Shown here one piece after another: positions 1 through 10,132 of a DNA stretch of 64,000 nt (its first letter is position 1; each line of letters opens with the position of its first letter). Location of the stretch: the NCBI GenBank assembly GCA_045628525.1, contig JAZQPJ010000056.1, positions 615-64,614 on the forward strand. The letters are read 5' to 3'. The translations under genes and the position numbers were made by a program. The notes under the pieces were generated by a model, which saw nothing but the letters and a program-made list of their open reading frames with translations, did not search any database and was not told where the DNA came from. The stretch comes from Bacteroidales bacterium (GTDB lineage Bacteria > Bacteroidota > Bacteroidia > Bacteroidales > UBA3663).

Positions 1-2279
1 GCCTTCTTCATGGTGCGGGCGGTCTTGACGACTTGCGGCAGGAACATCTTGCCTTCACCAAAGAGACGGCCCACCTCGTTCATGCCAGCCATCAGAGGGC
101 CGGAAATGATCTGGACAGGGGTGTCGCCACGCTCGATGAGGGCGTGGAGGTCGGCGTCGAGGCCAGTGGTGAGGCCCTTGAGGAGGTACTGCTGAAGGCG
201 GGACTCGGGGGTGGAGAGGGAGCCGAACACGGCATCAGATGTGGGGCCTAAATCGGCAGCAGAAGAGGGGCTAGCAGATGATGGGTGGGTGACTACGGCA
301 CTAGAAGGAGCAAAGAGGGCCTTAGGATCGTATTTCTGGCCGGCGGCCTTGGCGTTGAGCTGGGCTTCGCTCATGCGTTGGGCTATCTCGATGAGGTCGT
401 CGGGGGCATCGGGGGAGGTATTGAGCAATACCTCGGTGATGGCCATGCGGAGCTCAAGAGGGATGGTCTTGTATTCAACCTCAGCGGCGGGGTTCATGAT
501 GGCCATGCCCATGCCGTTGGCTTTGGCATGATGCAGGAAGACGGAGTGCATCGACTCACGCAGATAGTTGTTGCCACGGAAGGCGAAGGAGAGGTTCGAG
601 AGGCCACCGGAAACGCGTGCACCAGGAAGATTATCGGTAATCCAACGGGTCGCACGGATGAAGTCGTGAGCGTAGGCGTTGTGTTCGGCCATGCCCGTAG
701 CTACAGTGAGCACATTGGGGTCAAAGATGATATCCTCAGGGGCGAAACCGACCACTTCGGTGAGGAGTCGATACATGCGCTGGCAGATGTGGATGCGACG
801 CTCATAATCGGTGGCCTGTCCTTCCTCATCGAAACACATAGCGATGACGGCAGCTCCGAGGCGATGGACGGTGCGGGCATGTTCGATGAACTCCTCCTCC
901 CCCATCTTGAGGCTGATACTATTGACGATGCCTTTGCCTTGCAGGCACTTCAAGCCAGCCTCAATGACATCAAAGCGGCTGGAATCGACCATGACAGGAA
1001 CACGGCTGATGGCGGGATCAGAGGCAAGGAGATTGAGGAAGGTGACCATTTCCTGCTTGGCATCAAGGAGGCCATCGTCCATATTGACATCGATGACACG
1101 AGCGCCATCTTCTACTTGTTTGCGGGCGATGTCGAGGGCTTCGTCATAGTTCTTTTCGTTGATCAAACGGAGGAATTTGCGGGAACCGGCCACGTTGCAA
1201 CGCTCGCCCACCGTCACAAAAAGAGTGGAGTGAGGAAAGTGGAATGTGGAATGTGGAGTGAGGAGTGTGGAATGAGAAGTGCCTGCCACCAAAGGCTCCA
1301 GGCCGGAGAGGTGCATGGCATGAACATGTTCCACGGGCTTGCGCACAGCCTCTCCTGCACGGCGATCAATCTCGGCTCGCATGGCTGCAATGTGCTCAGG
1401 GGTAGTGCCACAGCACCCTCCCACCATATTCACTAAATGCTCCTCGAAATAAGGCTGCATCTGCCGCACCATGTCCTCAGGAGTATCGTCATAGCCGCCG
1501 AACTGATTAGGCAACCCGGCATTCGGATGACAGCTCACAAAGCAGGGAGCAGCCATCGACATCTGGCGCAAATAAGGCACCATGCCATCGGCACCCAAAC
1601 CGCAGTTCAGGCCCAGGCACAAAGGCTGAGCATGCAGCACAGAGGTGACGAAAGCCTCCACCGTCTGTCCGCTGAGTGTTCGTCCGGAGGCATCGCTTAC
1701 GGTCATCGAAAGGAGCACCTCAGGGAAAGCCTCATCAGCAGCACACTTTACACACTTTACCTTCTCGAAGGCCGAAAGGGCGGCCTTGGCGTTCAATGTG
1801 TCGAAGATAGTTTCTACCAGGATGCCATCCACGCCCTCCTCGACCAACGCCTCAATCTGCTCCTGATAGGCAGCCTCAAGTTCATCGAAAGTGATGGCAC
1901 GAGCAGCAGGGTCGTTGACGTCATCGCTCATCGAGAGCATCTTGCTGGTCGGGCCTACATCGCCTAAGACGAAGACCTTGCGGCCAACAGCCTCATCAGC
2001 CGCCTGACGGGCCAAACGGACGGCAGCACGATTCATCTCCACGATGCGCTCCTCCTGATGATACTCATGCTGCGACACACGCTGGCTCGAGAAAGTATTA
2101 GTAGTCAGCACATCGACACCAGCCTTCACATAGCGACGATGTATATCGAGTATCACCTCAGGATGTTCGATGGAGAGCATGTCATTATTGGCACCCTTGA
2201 TGCCATACTCCTGGATCAGGGAACCCATACCGCCATCGAGCAGCAGAATCTTATGTTCAAATGCTTCGCGTAAGGTCAT
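1..2279 (-). CDS. metH: B12-dependent methionine synthase, 5' part (runs off the window start)
   Basis: Not in the ORF track; translated by hand from the ATG at 2279. Motifs LLLDGGMGS, GLNCG, PNAGLPN, GGCCGTTPEHI, VGERCNVAGSRKF and GKMFLPQVVKTARTMKKA. Confidence 0.96.
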   Translation of the reverse strand, partial: MTLREAFEHKILLLDGGMGSLIQEYGIKGANNDMLSIEHPEVILDIHRRYVKAGVDVLTTNTFSSQRVSQHEYHQEERIVEMNRAAVRLARQAADEAVGRKVFVLGDVGPTSKMLSMSDDVNDPAARAITFDELEAAYQEQIEALVEEGVDGILVETIFDTLNAKAALSAFEKVKCVKCAADEAFPEVLLSMTVSDASGRTLSGQTVEAFVTSVLHAQPLCLGLNCGLGADGMVPYLRQMSMAAPCFVSCHPNAGLPNQFGGYDDTPEDMVRQMQPYFEEHLVNMVGGCCGTTPEHIAAMRAEIDRRAGEAVRKPVEHVHAMHLSGLEPLVAGTSHSTLLTPHSTFHFPHSTLFVTVGERCNVAGSRKFLRLINEKNYDEALDIARKQVEDGARVIDVNMDDGLLDAKQEMVTFLNLLASDPAISRVPVMVDSSRFDVIEAGLKCLQGKGIVNSISLKMGEEEFIEHARTVHRLGAAVIAMCFDEEGQATDYERRIHICQRMYRLLTEVVGFAPEDIIFDPNVLTVATGMAEHNAYAHDFIRATRWITDNLPGARVSGGLSNLSFAFRGNNYLRESMHSVFLHHAKANGMGMAIMNPAAEVEYKTIPLELRMAITEVLLNTSPDAPDDLIEIAQRMSEAQLNAKAAGQKYDPKALFAPSSAVVTHPSSASPSSAADLGPTSDAVFGSLSTPESRLQQYLLKGLTTGLDADLHALIERGDTPVQIISGPLMAGMNEVGRLFGEGKMFLPQVVKTARTMKK

Positions 2280-2329
2280 GAAGGAAAATGTAAAATGAAG
2301 AATGTAGAATGTAAAATTGACACCTTGGT

Positions 2330-3283
2330 TTACAATGCCTTCATAATGGTCTCGATCTGCGCAGCCGCATTCATCGTGTAGAAGTGGAGCGAAGGGGCCT
2401 CATGCTCGCGCAACTCACGACACTGGCGGATGGCCCATGCCGTGCCCACCTCCTTCACCTCGACATTCGTCTGGCACTTCTCAAGCTGCTCCACCAGCTC
2501 ATCGGGGAAGTCGATATGGAAGGTGCGTGGCAACATGGTACAATGGGTCAGGGTAGCCAATGGCTTGATACCCGGAACGATAGGCACGGTGATGCCGGCA
2601 TCGCGGCAGCGATCCACAAAGTCGAAGAACTTCTTGTTGTCGAAGAACATCTGCGTAACGATATAGCCTGCACCCAACTCCACCTTATGCTTCAACCAGC
2701 GCATGTCGGCCGCAAAACTCATGGCCTCATCGTGCTTCTCGGGATAGCCAGCCACGCCGTACGAGAAAGGATGCTCCTGTGCCAGCTCATGACTCTCGCC
2801 GAAGAGCAGCTGGCCCTGATTGAAGCGGTTCACCTGTTCGCAAAGCTCTGAGGCAAAGCGCAGACCGCCCTCCTTCGGGATGAAGCGCGAATCCTGCTTC
2901 GACTTGTCGCCGCGCAGGATGATGAGGTCCCTGAGGTCGAGGAACGAGAGGTCGAGCAGCTCGTATTCCGTCTCTTGCTGCGAGTATCCACTGCAGATGA
3001 TGTGTGGCACCACCGGCACCCCGTATTTCTGCTTTATGGCATACGCGATGGCCACCGTACCAGGGCGCAGACGCTCCTCCACACGGCGGAATTCCCCCGG
3101 AGCCACCTCCTTATAGGCGAAGTCCGAGCGATGCGTTGTCACCTCGATAAAAGCCGGATTGAAAGGCATCAGACGATCGATGGTCTGATAGATCTGTTCG
3201 ATGCTCTTGCCTCTGAGCGGAGGCAATACCTCGAAGGAGAACAGAGTCTCACTTGTATGCTTGAGAAGATCGGTTACTGACAT
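2330..3283 (-). CDS. metF: 5,10-methylenetetrahydrofolate reductase
   Basis: FSFEVLPP, LRGD, GVAGYPEKH, TQMFFDN, PGIKP and LHFYTMN motifs; start taken at MSVTDLL, downstream of a TATCTTTG promoter. Confidence 0.95.
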   Translation of the reverse strand: MSVTDLLKHTSETLFSFEVLPPLRGKSIEQIYQTIDRLMPFNPAFIEVTTHRSDFAYKEVAPGEFRRVEERLRPGTVAIAYAIKQKYGVPVVPHIICSGYSQQETEYELLDLSFLDLRDLIILRGDKSKQDSRFIPKEGGLRFASELCEQVNRFNQGQLLFGESHELAQEHPFSYGVAGYPEKHDEAMSFAADMRWLKHKVELGAGYIVTQMFFDNKKFFDFVDRCRDAGITVPIVPGIKPLATLTHCTMLPRTFHIDFPDELVEQLEKCQTNVEVKEVGTAWAIRQCRELREHEAPSLHFYTMNAAAQIETIMKAL

Positions 3284-3304
3284 AAAATCGTTGCTTTTGG
3301 GTGG

Positions 3305-3394
3305 CAAAGATACATATTTATATTTAAAAAGAAAGGCTTTTCGGAAAAAATTCTGCAAAAGAGAGCCAAAAAAGAAAGATTTTCGTTATATTTG
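3305..3394. promoter_or_regulatory. Divergent Bacteroidetes sigma-A promoters for metF and hisS
   Basis: TATCTTTG on the minus strand (3305-3312) and TATATTTG on the plus strand (3387-3394) match the TAnnTTTG -7 consensus. Confidence 0.7.
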
Positions 3395-3479
3395 CGCGCA
3401 ATTTATTCGTGCGTGAGCGTAAAATTGCCCATTAAGCACCATTATTGACAATAAAAACATAAAGATATACGACTAAAAA

Positions 3480-4871
3480 ATGGCACAGGTAAAACCAAGC
3501 ATTCCCAAAGGAACACGCGACTTCTCGCCCATCGAGATGGCGAAGCGCAACTACATCTTCAACACCATCAAGGAGGTCTATGGCCTCTACGGCTACCAGC
3601 AGATCGAGACCCCTTCGATGGAGAATCTCTCAACCCTGATGGGCAAGTATGGCGAAGAGGGCGACAAGCTGCTCTTCAAGATCCTCGACTCAGGTAACTT
3701 CCTCTCGGACGTGAAGCCAGAAGAACTCTATGCCGACGGCGACACCCAGGGCCGTCTGGACGGCAGCGCCCGACTGGCCGCACGCATCTGCGAGAAGGGC
3801 CTGCGCTATGATCTCACCGTGCCATTTGCCCGCTTCGTGGTGATGCACCAGAACGAGCTTGCCTTCCCATTCAAGCGTTACCAGATACAGCCCGTTTGGC
3901 GCGCCGATCGTCCACAGAAGGGCCGTTACCGCGAGTTCTTCCAGTGCGATGCTGACGTGGTAGGCAGCGACTCGTTGCTCAACGAGGTGGAGCTCATCCA
4001 GATCATCGACGAGGTATTCCGCCGCTTCGGCATCCGCGTAGCCATCAAGATGAACAACCGCAAGATCCTGGCCGGCATTGCCGAGGTGATCGGTGCGCCA
4101 GAGCTCCTGGTCGATATCACCGTAGCCATTGACAAGCTCGACAAGATCGGCCTCGACAACGTCAACGCCGAACTCCGCGAGAAGGGTCTCAACGACGAGC
4201 AGATCGAGAAGCTGCAGCCTATCATCAAGCTCGAAGGCGAGAACCACCAGAAGCTCCAGATCATCAAGGAGACCCTCGCCGCCAGCGAGATCGGCGTGAA
4301 GGGCGTGGAGGAGCTCGAGTTCATCCTGGGCAAGGTAGAGAAGCTCGGCGGCACCCAATGCCAGCTCGACATCGACCTCACCCTGGCCCGTGGTCTCAAC
4401 TACTACACCGGTGCCATCTTCGAGGTCAAGGCCCTCGACGTGCAGATCGGCTCAATCACCGGCGGCGGCCGTTACGACAACCTCACCGGCGTGTTCGGCA
4501 TGCCAGGCATGAGCGGCGTAGGCATCTCGTTCGGCGCTGACCGCATCTACGACGTGCTCAATCAGCTCGACCTCTACCCTACCGATGCCCTGCAGTCCAC
4601 CCAGGTGCTCTTCGTCACCTTTGGCGAAGCCGAGCAGGACTTCTGCCTGCCACTCCTCGCCCAGCTCCGCAAGGCCGGCGTCCGCGCCGAGGTCTATCCG
4701 GAGGCTGGTGCCAAGATGAAGAAGCAGATGTCGTACGCCAATGCCAAGCAGATCCCATACGTAGTCATCATCGGTTCGGACGAGGTGGCCAACGAGGAGG
4801 TTTCGCTCAAGAATATGCTCACCGGCGAGCAGGAGAAGGTCAAAGCGAGCGAGCTTGTGGCCAGATTCTGA
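3480..4871 (+). CDS. hisS: Histidyl-tRNA synthetase
   Basis: [43 protein letters not shown] and GGGRYD motifs. Confidence 0.98.
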   Translation: MAQVKPSIPKGTRDFSPIEMAKRNYIFNTIKEVYGLYGYQQIETPSMENLSTLMGKYGEEGDKLLFKILDSGNFLSDVKPEELYADGDTQGRLDGSARLAARICEKGLRYDLTVPFARFVVMHQNELAFPFKRYQIQPVWRADRPQKGRYREFFQCDADVVGSDSLLNEVELIQIIDEVFRRFGIRVAIKMNNRKILAGIAEVIGAPELLVDITVAIDKLDKIGLDNVNAELREKGLNDEQIEKLQPIIKLEGENHQKLQIIKETLAASEIGVKGVEELEFILGKVEKLGGTQCQLDIDLTLARGLNYYTGAIFEVKALDVQIGSITGGGRYDNLTGVFGMPGMSGVGISFGADRIYDVLNQLDLYPTDALQSTQVLFVTFGEAEQDFCLPLLAQLRKAGVRAEVYPEAGAKMKKQMSYANAKQIPYVVIIGSDEVANEEVSLKNMLTGEQEKVKASELVARF

Positions 4872-4884
4872 GCCGAAATGCCAT

Positions 4885-5187
4885 TGTAAATCTGCAGAGC
4901 GGCCGCAAATGCTTTTTTTCTCCCTCTGCAAACCTGCAGAAGCATGGCTACGACGTTTTTGTGCTTTTGCAAATCTGCGGAGAGGCGTCAAAAGTTTTTT
5001 CCATGCCTCTGCAAACCTGCGGAGAGGCGCCAAAAGTTTTTTTCATGCCTCTGCATATCTGCTGAGAGGTGCCAAAATTATTTTCCGAGCCTCTGCAAAT
5101 CTGCAGAGCGACGCCAAACGTTTTTTCCTGCCTCTGCAAATCTTCAGAAGCATTCCTAAAGTTTTTGGCAAGTTTTTGCAACTTTAC
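4885..5187. repeat. Intergenic tandem array of ~8 degenerate 41-42 bp units with a palindromic core
   Basis: Core TGCAAA(C/T)CTGC, degenerate in some units, starts at 4885, 4927, 4968, 5010, 5052, 5094, 5135 and 5177. Example unit: GCCTCTGCAAACCTGCGGAGAGGCGCCAAAAGTTTTTTTCAT. Confidence 0.9.
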
Positions 5188-5225
5188 AATGGCCCTTTGA
5201 ATAGAAAAAACAAACAATTACAACT

Positions 5226-7385
5226 ATGAAGTATTACCCAATCATCTGCGCAGCAGCCGCTACAGCCATCTCATTGAGCAGCTGCTCGAACAACCAAAAC
5301 GCCAACAACATGGATAACCCATTCCTGGTAGAGTCAACCCTGCCGCACGGTGCCTTCCCATTCGATCAGCTGAAGACCGAGCATTATAAGCCAGCCTTCG
5401 AGGCAGGCATCAAGGAGCACAACGAGGAGATCAACGCCATCATCGTGAACCGCGCCACTCCAAACTTCGAGAACACCATCGTAGCCCTGAATCGTGCCGG
5501 TTCGTTGCTCAATCGTGTGGAGTCGATCTTCTATAACCTCGTGGAGTGCGACGGTACCGACGAGATGCTGGCCCTCAGCGAGGAGCTCCAGCCAATGATG
5601 AGCAAGCACAGCCTCGAAGTGAGCCTCAACGAGCAGCTCTTCGAGCGCGTGAAGACCGTATGGAACAACTATCACGACACCGACCTGTGGGAGACCCTCT
5701 CGCTCGAACAGCAGCGACTGCTGAAGGAGACCTACGACGGCTATGTCCGTTCGGGTGCCACCCTGCAGGGCGAAGCTCGTGACCGCTGGCAGGTGATCAG
5801 CACCGAGCTCGACAGCCTCACCCTTGCCTACGGCCAGAACGTGCAGAAGGCTACCGCTGCCTGGACCTACCAGCTCGACCCAGAAAAGGGCGACATGGAG
5901 GGCCTGCCAGGCTTCGTGGTAGAGGCCTTGAAGCAGAACGACAACAAGCTCACCCTCCTGGCACCAAGCTACCGTCCATTCATGATGTACAGCAGCCGTC
6001 GCGACCTGCGCGAGATGCTCTACAAGGCATACAATGCCCGCTGTGTGGGTGGTGAGTTCGACAATACCAACAACATCCGCCGCATCGCCACCCTCCGTCA
6101 GGAGCGTGCCGAGCTGCTCGGCTATGACAACTTCGCACAGTATCGTGTGGAGAACAACATGGCACACACCCCAGAGGCCGTCAACAGCCTGCTCAACCAG
6201 TTGCTCGATGCCTACAAGAAGCCAGCCCTCAACGACGTGAAGGAGGTGGCTCAGCTGGCAGCCAAGGAGGGTGTCAAGGACCTGATGCCATGGGACTTCA
6301 GTTACTACTCAGAGAAGCTGAAGACTGCCAAGTATAATGTAAATGACGCTCAGGTGAAGCCATACCTCGCCCTCGACAAGGTGCGCACCGGCGTGTTCGG
6401 CCTGGCCAACCGTCTGTATGGCGTGACCTTCAACAAACTCGATGTGCCTGTCTATAACCCAGCCGCCGAGTGCTTCGAGGTGCTCGATGGCGACGGCACC
6501 TACCTCGGCCTGCTCTATACCGACTTCTATCCACGCGAGACCAAGCGTCCGGGTGCATGGATGACCGAGTTCAAGGGCCAGTGGCTTGAGGAGGATGGCA
6601 CCGATTCGCGTCCACACGTCCAGATCGTGATGTCGTTCAGCAAGGCTATCGGCAATCCTGGCGAGGAGGGCTACGTTCCTGCCCTCCTGACCTACGACGA
6701 GGCCACCACCTTCCTGCACGAGTTCGGTCACTCGCTCCACGGCTTGCTCACCAAGTGCACATACGCCTCATTGAGCGGCACCTCGGTATCGCGCGACTTC
6801 GTAGAGCTGCCATCGCAGTTCAACGAGAACTTCATGGGCAAGAAGGAGTTCCTCGACACCTTTGCCGAGAACTACGAGACCGGCGAGAAGATCCCACAGG
6901 AGCTCATCGACCGACTGCATGAGGCTGCCACCTTCCAGGCTGCCTACGCCTGTGTTCGTCAGCTCTCATTCGGCATGCTCGACATGGCCTTCCACTCACT
7001 CGGCAAGGGTCAGCAGAATGGTGCCACCGAGATCGACCAGCGTTACCCACAGCTCCAGAACGTTGAGCAGTTCGAGGCCGATGCCATGCTCCCAACCCAG
7101 GTATTGCCTCGCGTAGATGGTGCCATGATGGCGACTGCCTTCACCCACATCTTCAGCGGCGGCTATGCTGCCGGCTACTACAGCTACAAGTGGGCAGAGG
7201 TGCTCGATGCCGATGCTTTCGCCGTGTTCGAGAAGGAGGGTCTCTTCAACCCAGAGACAGCCAAGCGTTTCCGTCACATCCTTGAGAGTGGCGACACCAT
7301 CGATCCTGCCGAGCTCTATCGTCAGTTCAAGGGTTCTGATCCTGACATCAAGGCGTTGATGAAGAGGGACGGAATCATCAAGTAA
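5226..7385 (+). CDS. dcp: M3 family metallopeptidase (peptidyl-dipeptidase Dcp-like), lipoprotein
   Basis: Lipobox LSSC; NPFL, GAWM, HEFGHSLH zinc motif, DFVELPSQ, HIFSGGYAAGYYSYKWAEVL. Confidence 0.93.
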   Translation: MKYYPIICAAAATAISLSSCSNNQNANNMDNPFLVESTLPHGAFPFDQLKTEHYKPAFEAGIKEHNEEINAIIVNRATPNFENTIVALNRAGSLLNRVESIFYNLVECDGTDEMLALSEELQPMMSKHSLEVSLNEQLFERVKTVWNNYHDTDLWETLSLEQQRLLKETYDGYVRSGATLQGEARDRWQVISTELDSLTLAYGQNVQKATAAWTYQLDPEKGDMEGLPGFVVEALKQNDNKLTLLAPSYRPFMMYSSRRDLREMLYKAYNARCVGGEFDNTNNIRRIATLRQERAELLGYDNFAQYRVENNMAHTPEAVNSLLNQLLDAYKKPALNDVKEVAQLAAKEGVKDLMPWDFSYYSEKLKTAKYNVNDAQVKPYLALDKVRTGVFGLANRLYGVTFNKLDVPVYNPAAECFEVLDGDGTYLGLLYTDFYPRETKRPGAWMTEFKGQWLEEDGTDSRPHVQIVMSFSKAIGNPGEEGYVPALLTYDEATTFLHEFGHSLHGLLTKCTYASLSGTSVSRDFVELPSQFNENFMGKKEFLDTFAENYETGEKIPQELIDRLHEAATFQAAYACVRQLSFGMLDMAFHSLGKGQQNGATEIDQRYPQLQNVEQFEADAMLPTQVLPRVDGAMMATAFTHIFSGGYAAGYYSYKWAEVLDADAFAVFEKEGLFNPETAKRFRHILESGDTIDPAELYRQFKGSDPDIKALMKRDGIIK

Positions 7386-7467
7386 TTGAGTTTAGAGTGG
7401 AGAGTTTAGGGTTTAGAGTTGTTAACTCTACCCACTACTCTCAACTCTAAACTCTCAACTCTAAACT

Positions 7468-8412
7468 ATGATAACAGACATCTTCTACATTCTCCTTGGT
7501 TTCCTCCTCCTCGTCAAGGGTGGCGACTACCTCGTGGATGGAGCCGTAGCCATTGCCCAGCGCGCTAAGTTGAGTAAGATGGTGATTGGCATGACCGTGG
7601 TGGGCTTTGGCACATCGATGCCTGAGCTGCTGGTGTCGGCCCAGTCGGCGCTGGTGGGCAATTCGGGCATCGCCATCGGTAATGTGGTGGGTTCGAACAT
7701 CGCCAACATTGCCCTGATTCTGGGTGTGTCGTCGATGATTGTGCCTATCGCCTCATCACGTGCCACATTGAGAATCGATCATCCATTTATGATGCTCTCG
7801 GCCGTGCTGTTTGTAGCCATCGCCATGGCTGGCTCAATAGAGCGATGGGCAGGCGCGCTGATGGTGCTGATGCTGGTGGCATTCGTGTGGTACCAGGTGG
7901 TGAAGTCGCGCAAAGCTGAGAAAAAAAGAGCGAATACAGAAGAGGTTGAAACCACCCCTCCCATGGCTCTGTGGAAGGCATTGCTCGTCGTAGCGGTGTC
8001 GTTTGCTGCCATGGTGTTCGGATCGGACAAGCTCGTGGAGGGTGCTTCAGACATTGCCAAGCAGCTGGGCGTTACCGACCGCATCATAGGCCTCACCATC
8101 GTGGCTGTAGGCACTTCGTTGCCTGAGCTGTTTGCCTCGGTGATGGCTTCGATCAAGGGCGAGTCGGATATGGCCATTGGCAACATCATTGGCTCGGTGA
8201 CCTTCAATATTCTGAGTGTGATCGGAGTCTCGGCCCTCATTTGTCCTATTCACGATAGCAACGTAGGCTTCGGATTCGACTATCTCACCATGCTCGTGCT
8301 GGGTGTCATGCTCTGGATCTTCCTTCGCACGCATCGCAAGCTCGTGCGCTGGGAGGGCCTGGTGCTGACCATGTCATACGTGGCCTACATTATCAAGACC
8401 ATCGTGATGTAA
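7468..8412 (+). CDS. Ca2+/Na+ antiporter (CaCA, YrbG-like)
   Basis: Two alpha-repeats: GTSMPEL...GNVVGSN and GTSLPEL...GNIIGS; many transmembrane segments. Confidence 0.92.
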   Translation: MITDIFYILLGFLLLVKGGDYLVDGAVAIAQRAKLSKMVIGMTVVGFGTSMPELLVSAQSALVGNSGIAIGNVVGSNIANIALILGVSSMIVPIASSRATLRIDHPFMMLSAVLFVAIAMAGSIERWAGALMVLMLVAFVWYQVVKSRKAEKKRANTEEVETTPPMALWKALLVVAVSFAAMVFGSDKLVEGASDIAKQLGVTDRIIGLTIVAVGTSLPELFASVMASIKGESDMAIGNIIGSVTFNILSVIGVSALICPIHDSNVGFGFDYLTMLVLGVMLWIFLRTHRKLVRWEGLVLTMSYVAYIIKTIVM

Positions 8413-9576
8413 ATGAAAAAAGGCTATCAGAACATAGTGTTGCTCTGCCTGATGGCGATGCCACTGACCGCACATGGCGAGCGCTTCTTCAACACTTGGG
8501 AGGCATCGTATGGGCTGGGCACCCCTGGTCCTACGGCCTCCTGGCTCAACTACAAGAGCACGATTGGGCCAGGTGTAGCTATGCACAACGCAAAGTTAAC
8601 CATTGGCCATCAGTACCAAAAGGGTGATTTCGGAGCGGCAAGGAAGGGGCTGTATTATCCTGTAGTCGGATTCTCACTTAGCTACCTCGATTACACACAT
8701 TGCCACCTCACGGGCAAAGGCTCGCTCAGCGACTGGCGCACCAGTTTCGGTCGTTTCCTTGCGCTGAGCTGGCATCAGGACCAATACTATTTGAGAGGCG
8801 AAAACTTCAGCCTCCGCACCAGCTGGGACCTGGGCTTTGCCTACAATTTCAATCACCACGACGAGACGATGCCTAACCAGATCTTTCCGATGGGTGGGCA
8901 TCTGCAGATCTATTTAGACATGGCTATGCTTGCCGGATTCGATACGCCATGGGCAGAATGGAGCATCGGTCCGCACTTCATCCACATGAGCAATAGCAAT
9001 ACGCACGAGCCGAACAGTGGTGCCAACAATCTGGGGGTGACGCTGAGCGTGCGTCCTCATGCACGAGATACATCGTCGGGGGGCCGTTCTTCAAAGTTTG
9101 TCTCTGATGGCATATCCGGAACCGGCTGGCACAGACAATGGTACTGGGACGTGATGGCCGACATGGGATTCACCCGCGTGGAACAGCATCCTGAGAACCT
9201 CTACGGACAGGCCACCTTGGCAGCCTCTGCCCTCTGGCAATACAACCCTCAGAGCGCTATTGGTGCAGGACTGGAGGTTTCGTATCTGCCCGCTGGCGAC
9301 CGTACGGGACGAACCACCTATACGGGACTCTCGTTCGTACACACCACATGGATTCGCAACTGGTCACTCCATGGACAAGTAGGTTGTTACCTCAATGGCA
9401 AACATCCAAAGATGTGGGACCGCACTTCGCGCTTCTACGAACGCTTCGGCCTCCGTTATCATCCATTCCGACCACAAGCAGGGCGAAAAATGTCGCCTTA
9501 CATCGGATTATATTCTAAAGGTGACGGATTCATCGCACAGCAATTGGAATTGAGCATCGGGTGCTGCATATTCTGA
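8413..9576 (+). CDS. Outer-membrane beta-barrel protein, acyloxyacyl hydrolase/PagL-like
   Basis: Signal peptide; HMSNSN...PNSGAN resembles the PagL HxSN...NxGxN motif; aromatic beta-strand pattern; ends in F. Confidence 0.7.
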   Translation: MKKGYQNIVLLCLMAMPLTAHGERFFNTWEASYGLGTPGPTASWLNYKSTIGPGVAMHNAKLTIGHQYQKGDFGAARKGLYYPVVGFSLSYLDYTHCHLTGKGSLSDWRTSFGRFLALSWHQDQYYLRGENFSLRTSWDLGFAYNFNHHDETMPNQIFPMGGHLQIYLDMAMLAGFDTPWAEWSIGPHFIHMSNSNTHEPNSGANNLGVTLSVRPHARDTSSGGRSSKFVSDGISGTGWHRQWYWDVMADMGFTRVEQHPENLYGQATLAASALWQYNPQSAIGAGLEVSYLPAGDRTGRTTYTGLSFVHTTWIRNWSLHGQVGCYLNGKHPKMWDRTSRFYERFGLRYHPFRPQAGRKMSPYIGLYSKGDGFIAQQLELSIGCCIF

Positions 9577-9637
9577 AAAAAATACCCTATCACTCCCTTT
9601 TCACTCCCCTTAAATACCCTAAAATACCCTTTAAAAA

Positions 9638-10102
9638 ATGACCAAGCAGGAACTTCGCAAACAGATACGTGAGGAATTGAAACGCATGAGTGCTGCCGAC
9701 CGCGACACCCAGTCACTCTTTATCTGCCTCCAGATATTAGGCACAGCAGAATGGCAGGAGGCGCAGACCGTGATGCTCTACAATGCCTTGCCCGACGAAG
9801 TTTCGCTCCAGCTCCTCATCGACGATGCCAGCGGATCGGGCAAAGAGGTGATCATCCCTGAACAGGGAGCCAATGCACCGATCATCCCCGACGAAGTGCT
9901 CACACAGATCGACTTTGCCATCATCCCTGGCCGAGCTTTCACTCGCAATGGCAAGCGCATGGGCCGTGGTGGCGGCTGGTACGACCGCATCCTGCCCAAG
10001 ATGAAGTGTCCACGTTGGGGCGTGGCCTTCAACTGCCAGATGAAGAAAGACATTCCTACCGACGAGTGGGATGTGCGGATGAACAGGGTAGTGACTGCAT
10101 AG
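9638..10102 (+). CDS. 5-formyltetrahydrofolate cyclo-ligase
   Basis: KQELRKQIR N-terminus and IIPGRAF...RMGRGGGWYDR signature. Confidence 0.93.
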   Translation: MTKQELRKQIREELKRMSAADRDTQSLFICLQILGTAEWQEAQTVMLYNALPDEVSLQLLIDDASGSGKEVIIPEQGANAPIIPDEVLTQIDFAIIPGRAFTRNGKRMGRGGGWYDRILPKMKCPRWGVAFNCQMKKDIPTDEWDVRMNRVVTA

Positions 10103-10132
10103 CAAGTCATATCCTTTCCTTATTTGAAACAA

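Noticed and set aside
3283-3400. SAM or cobalamin riboswitch upstream of metF-metH
   Set aside because: The promoter lies only about 20 nt from the start codon, leaving no room for an aptamer.
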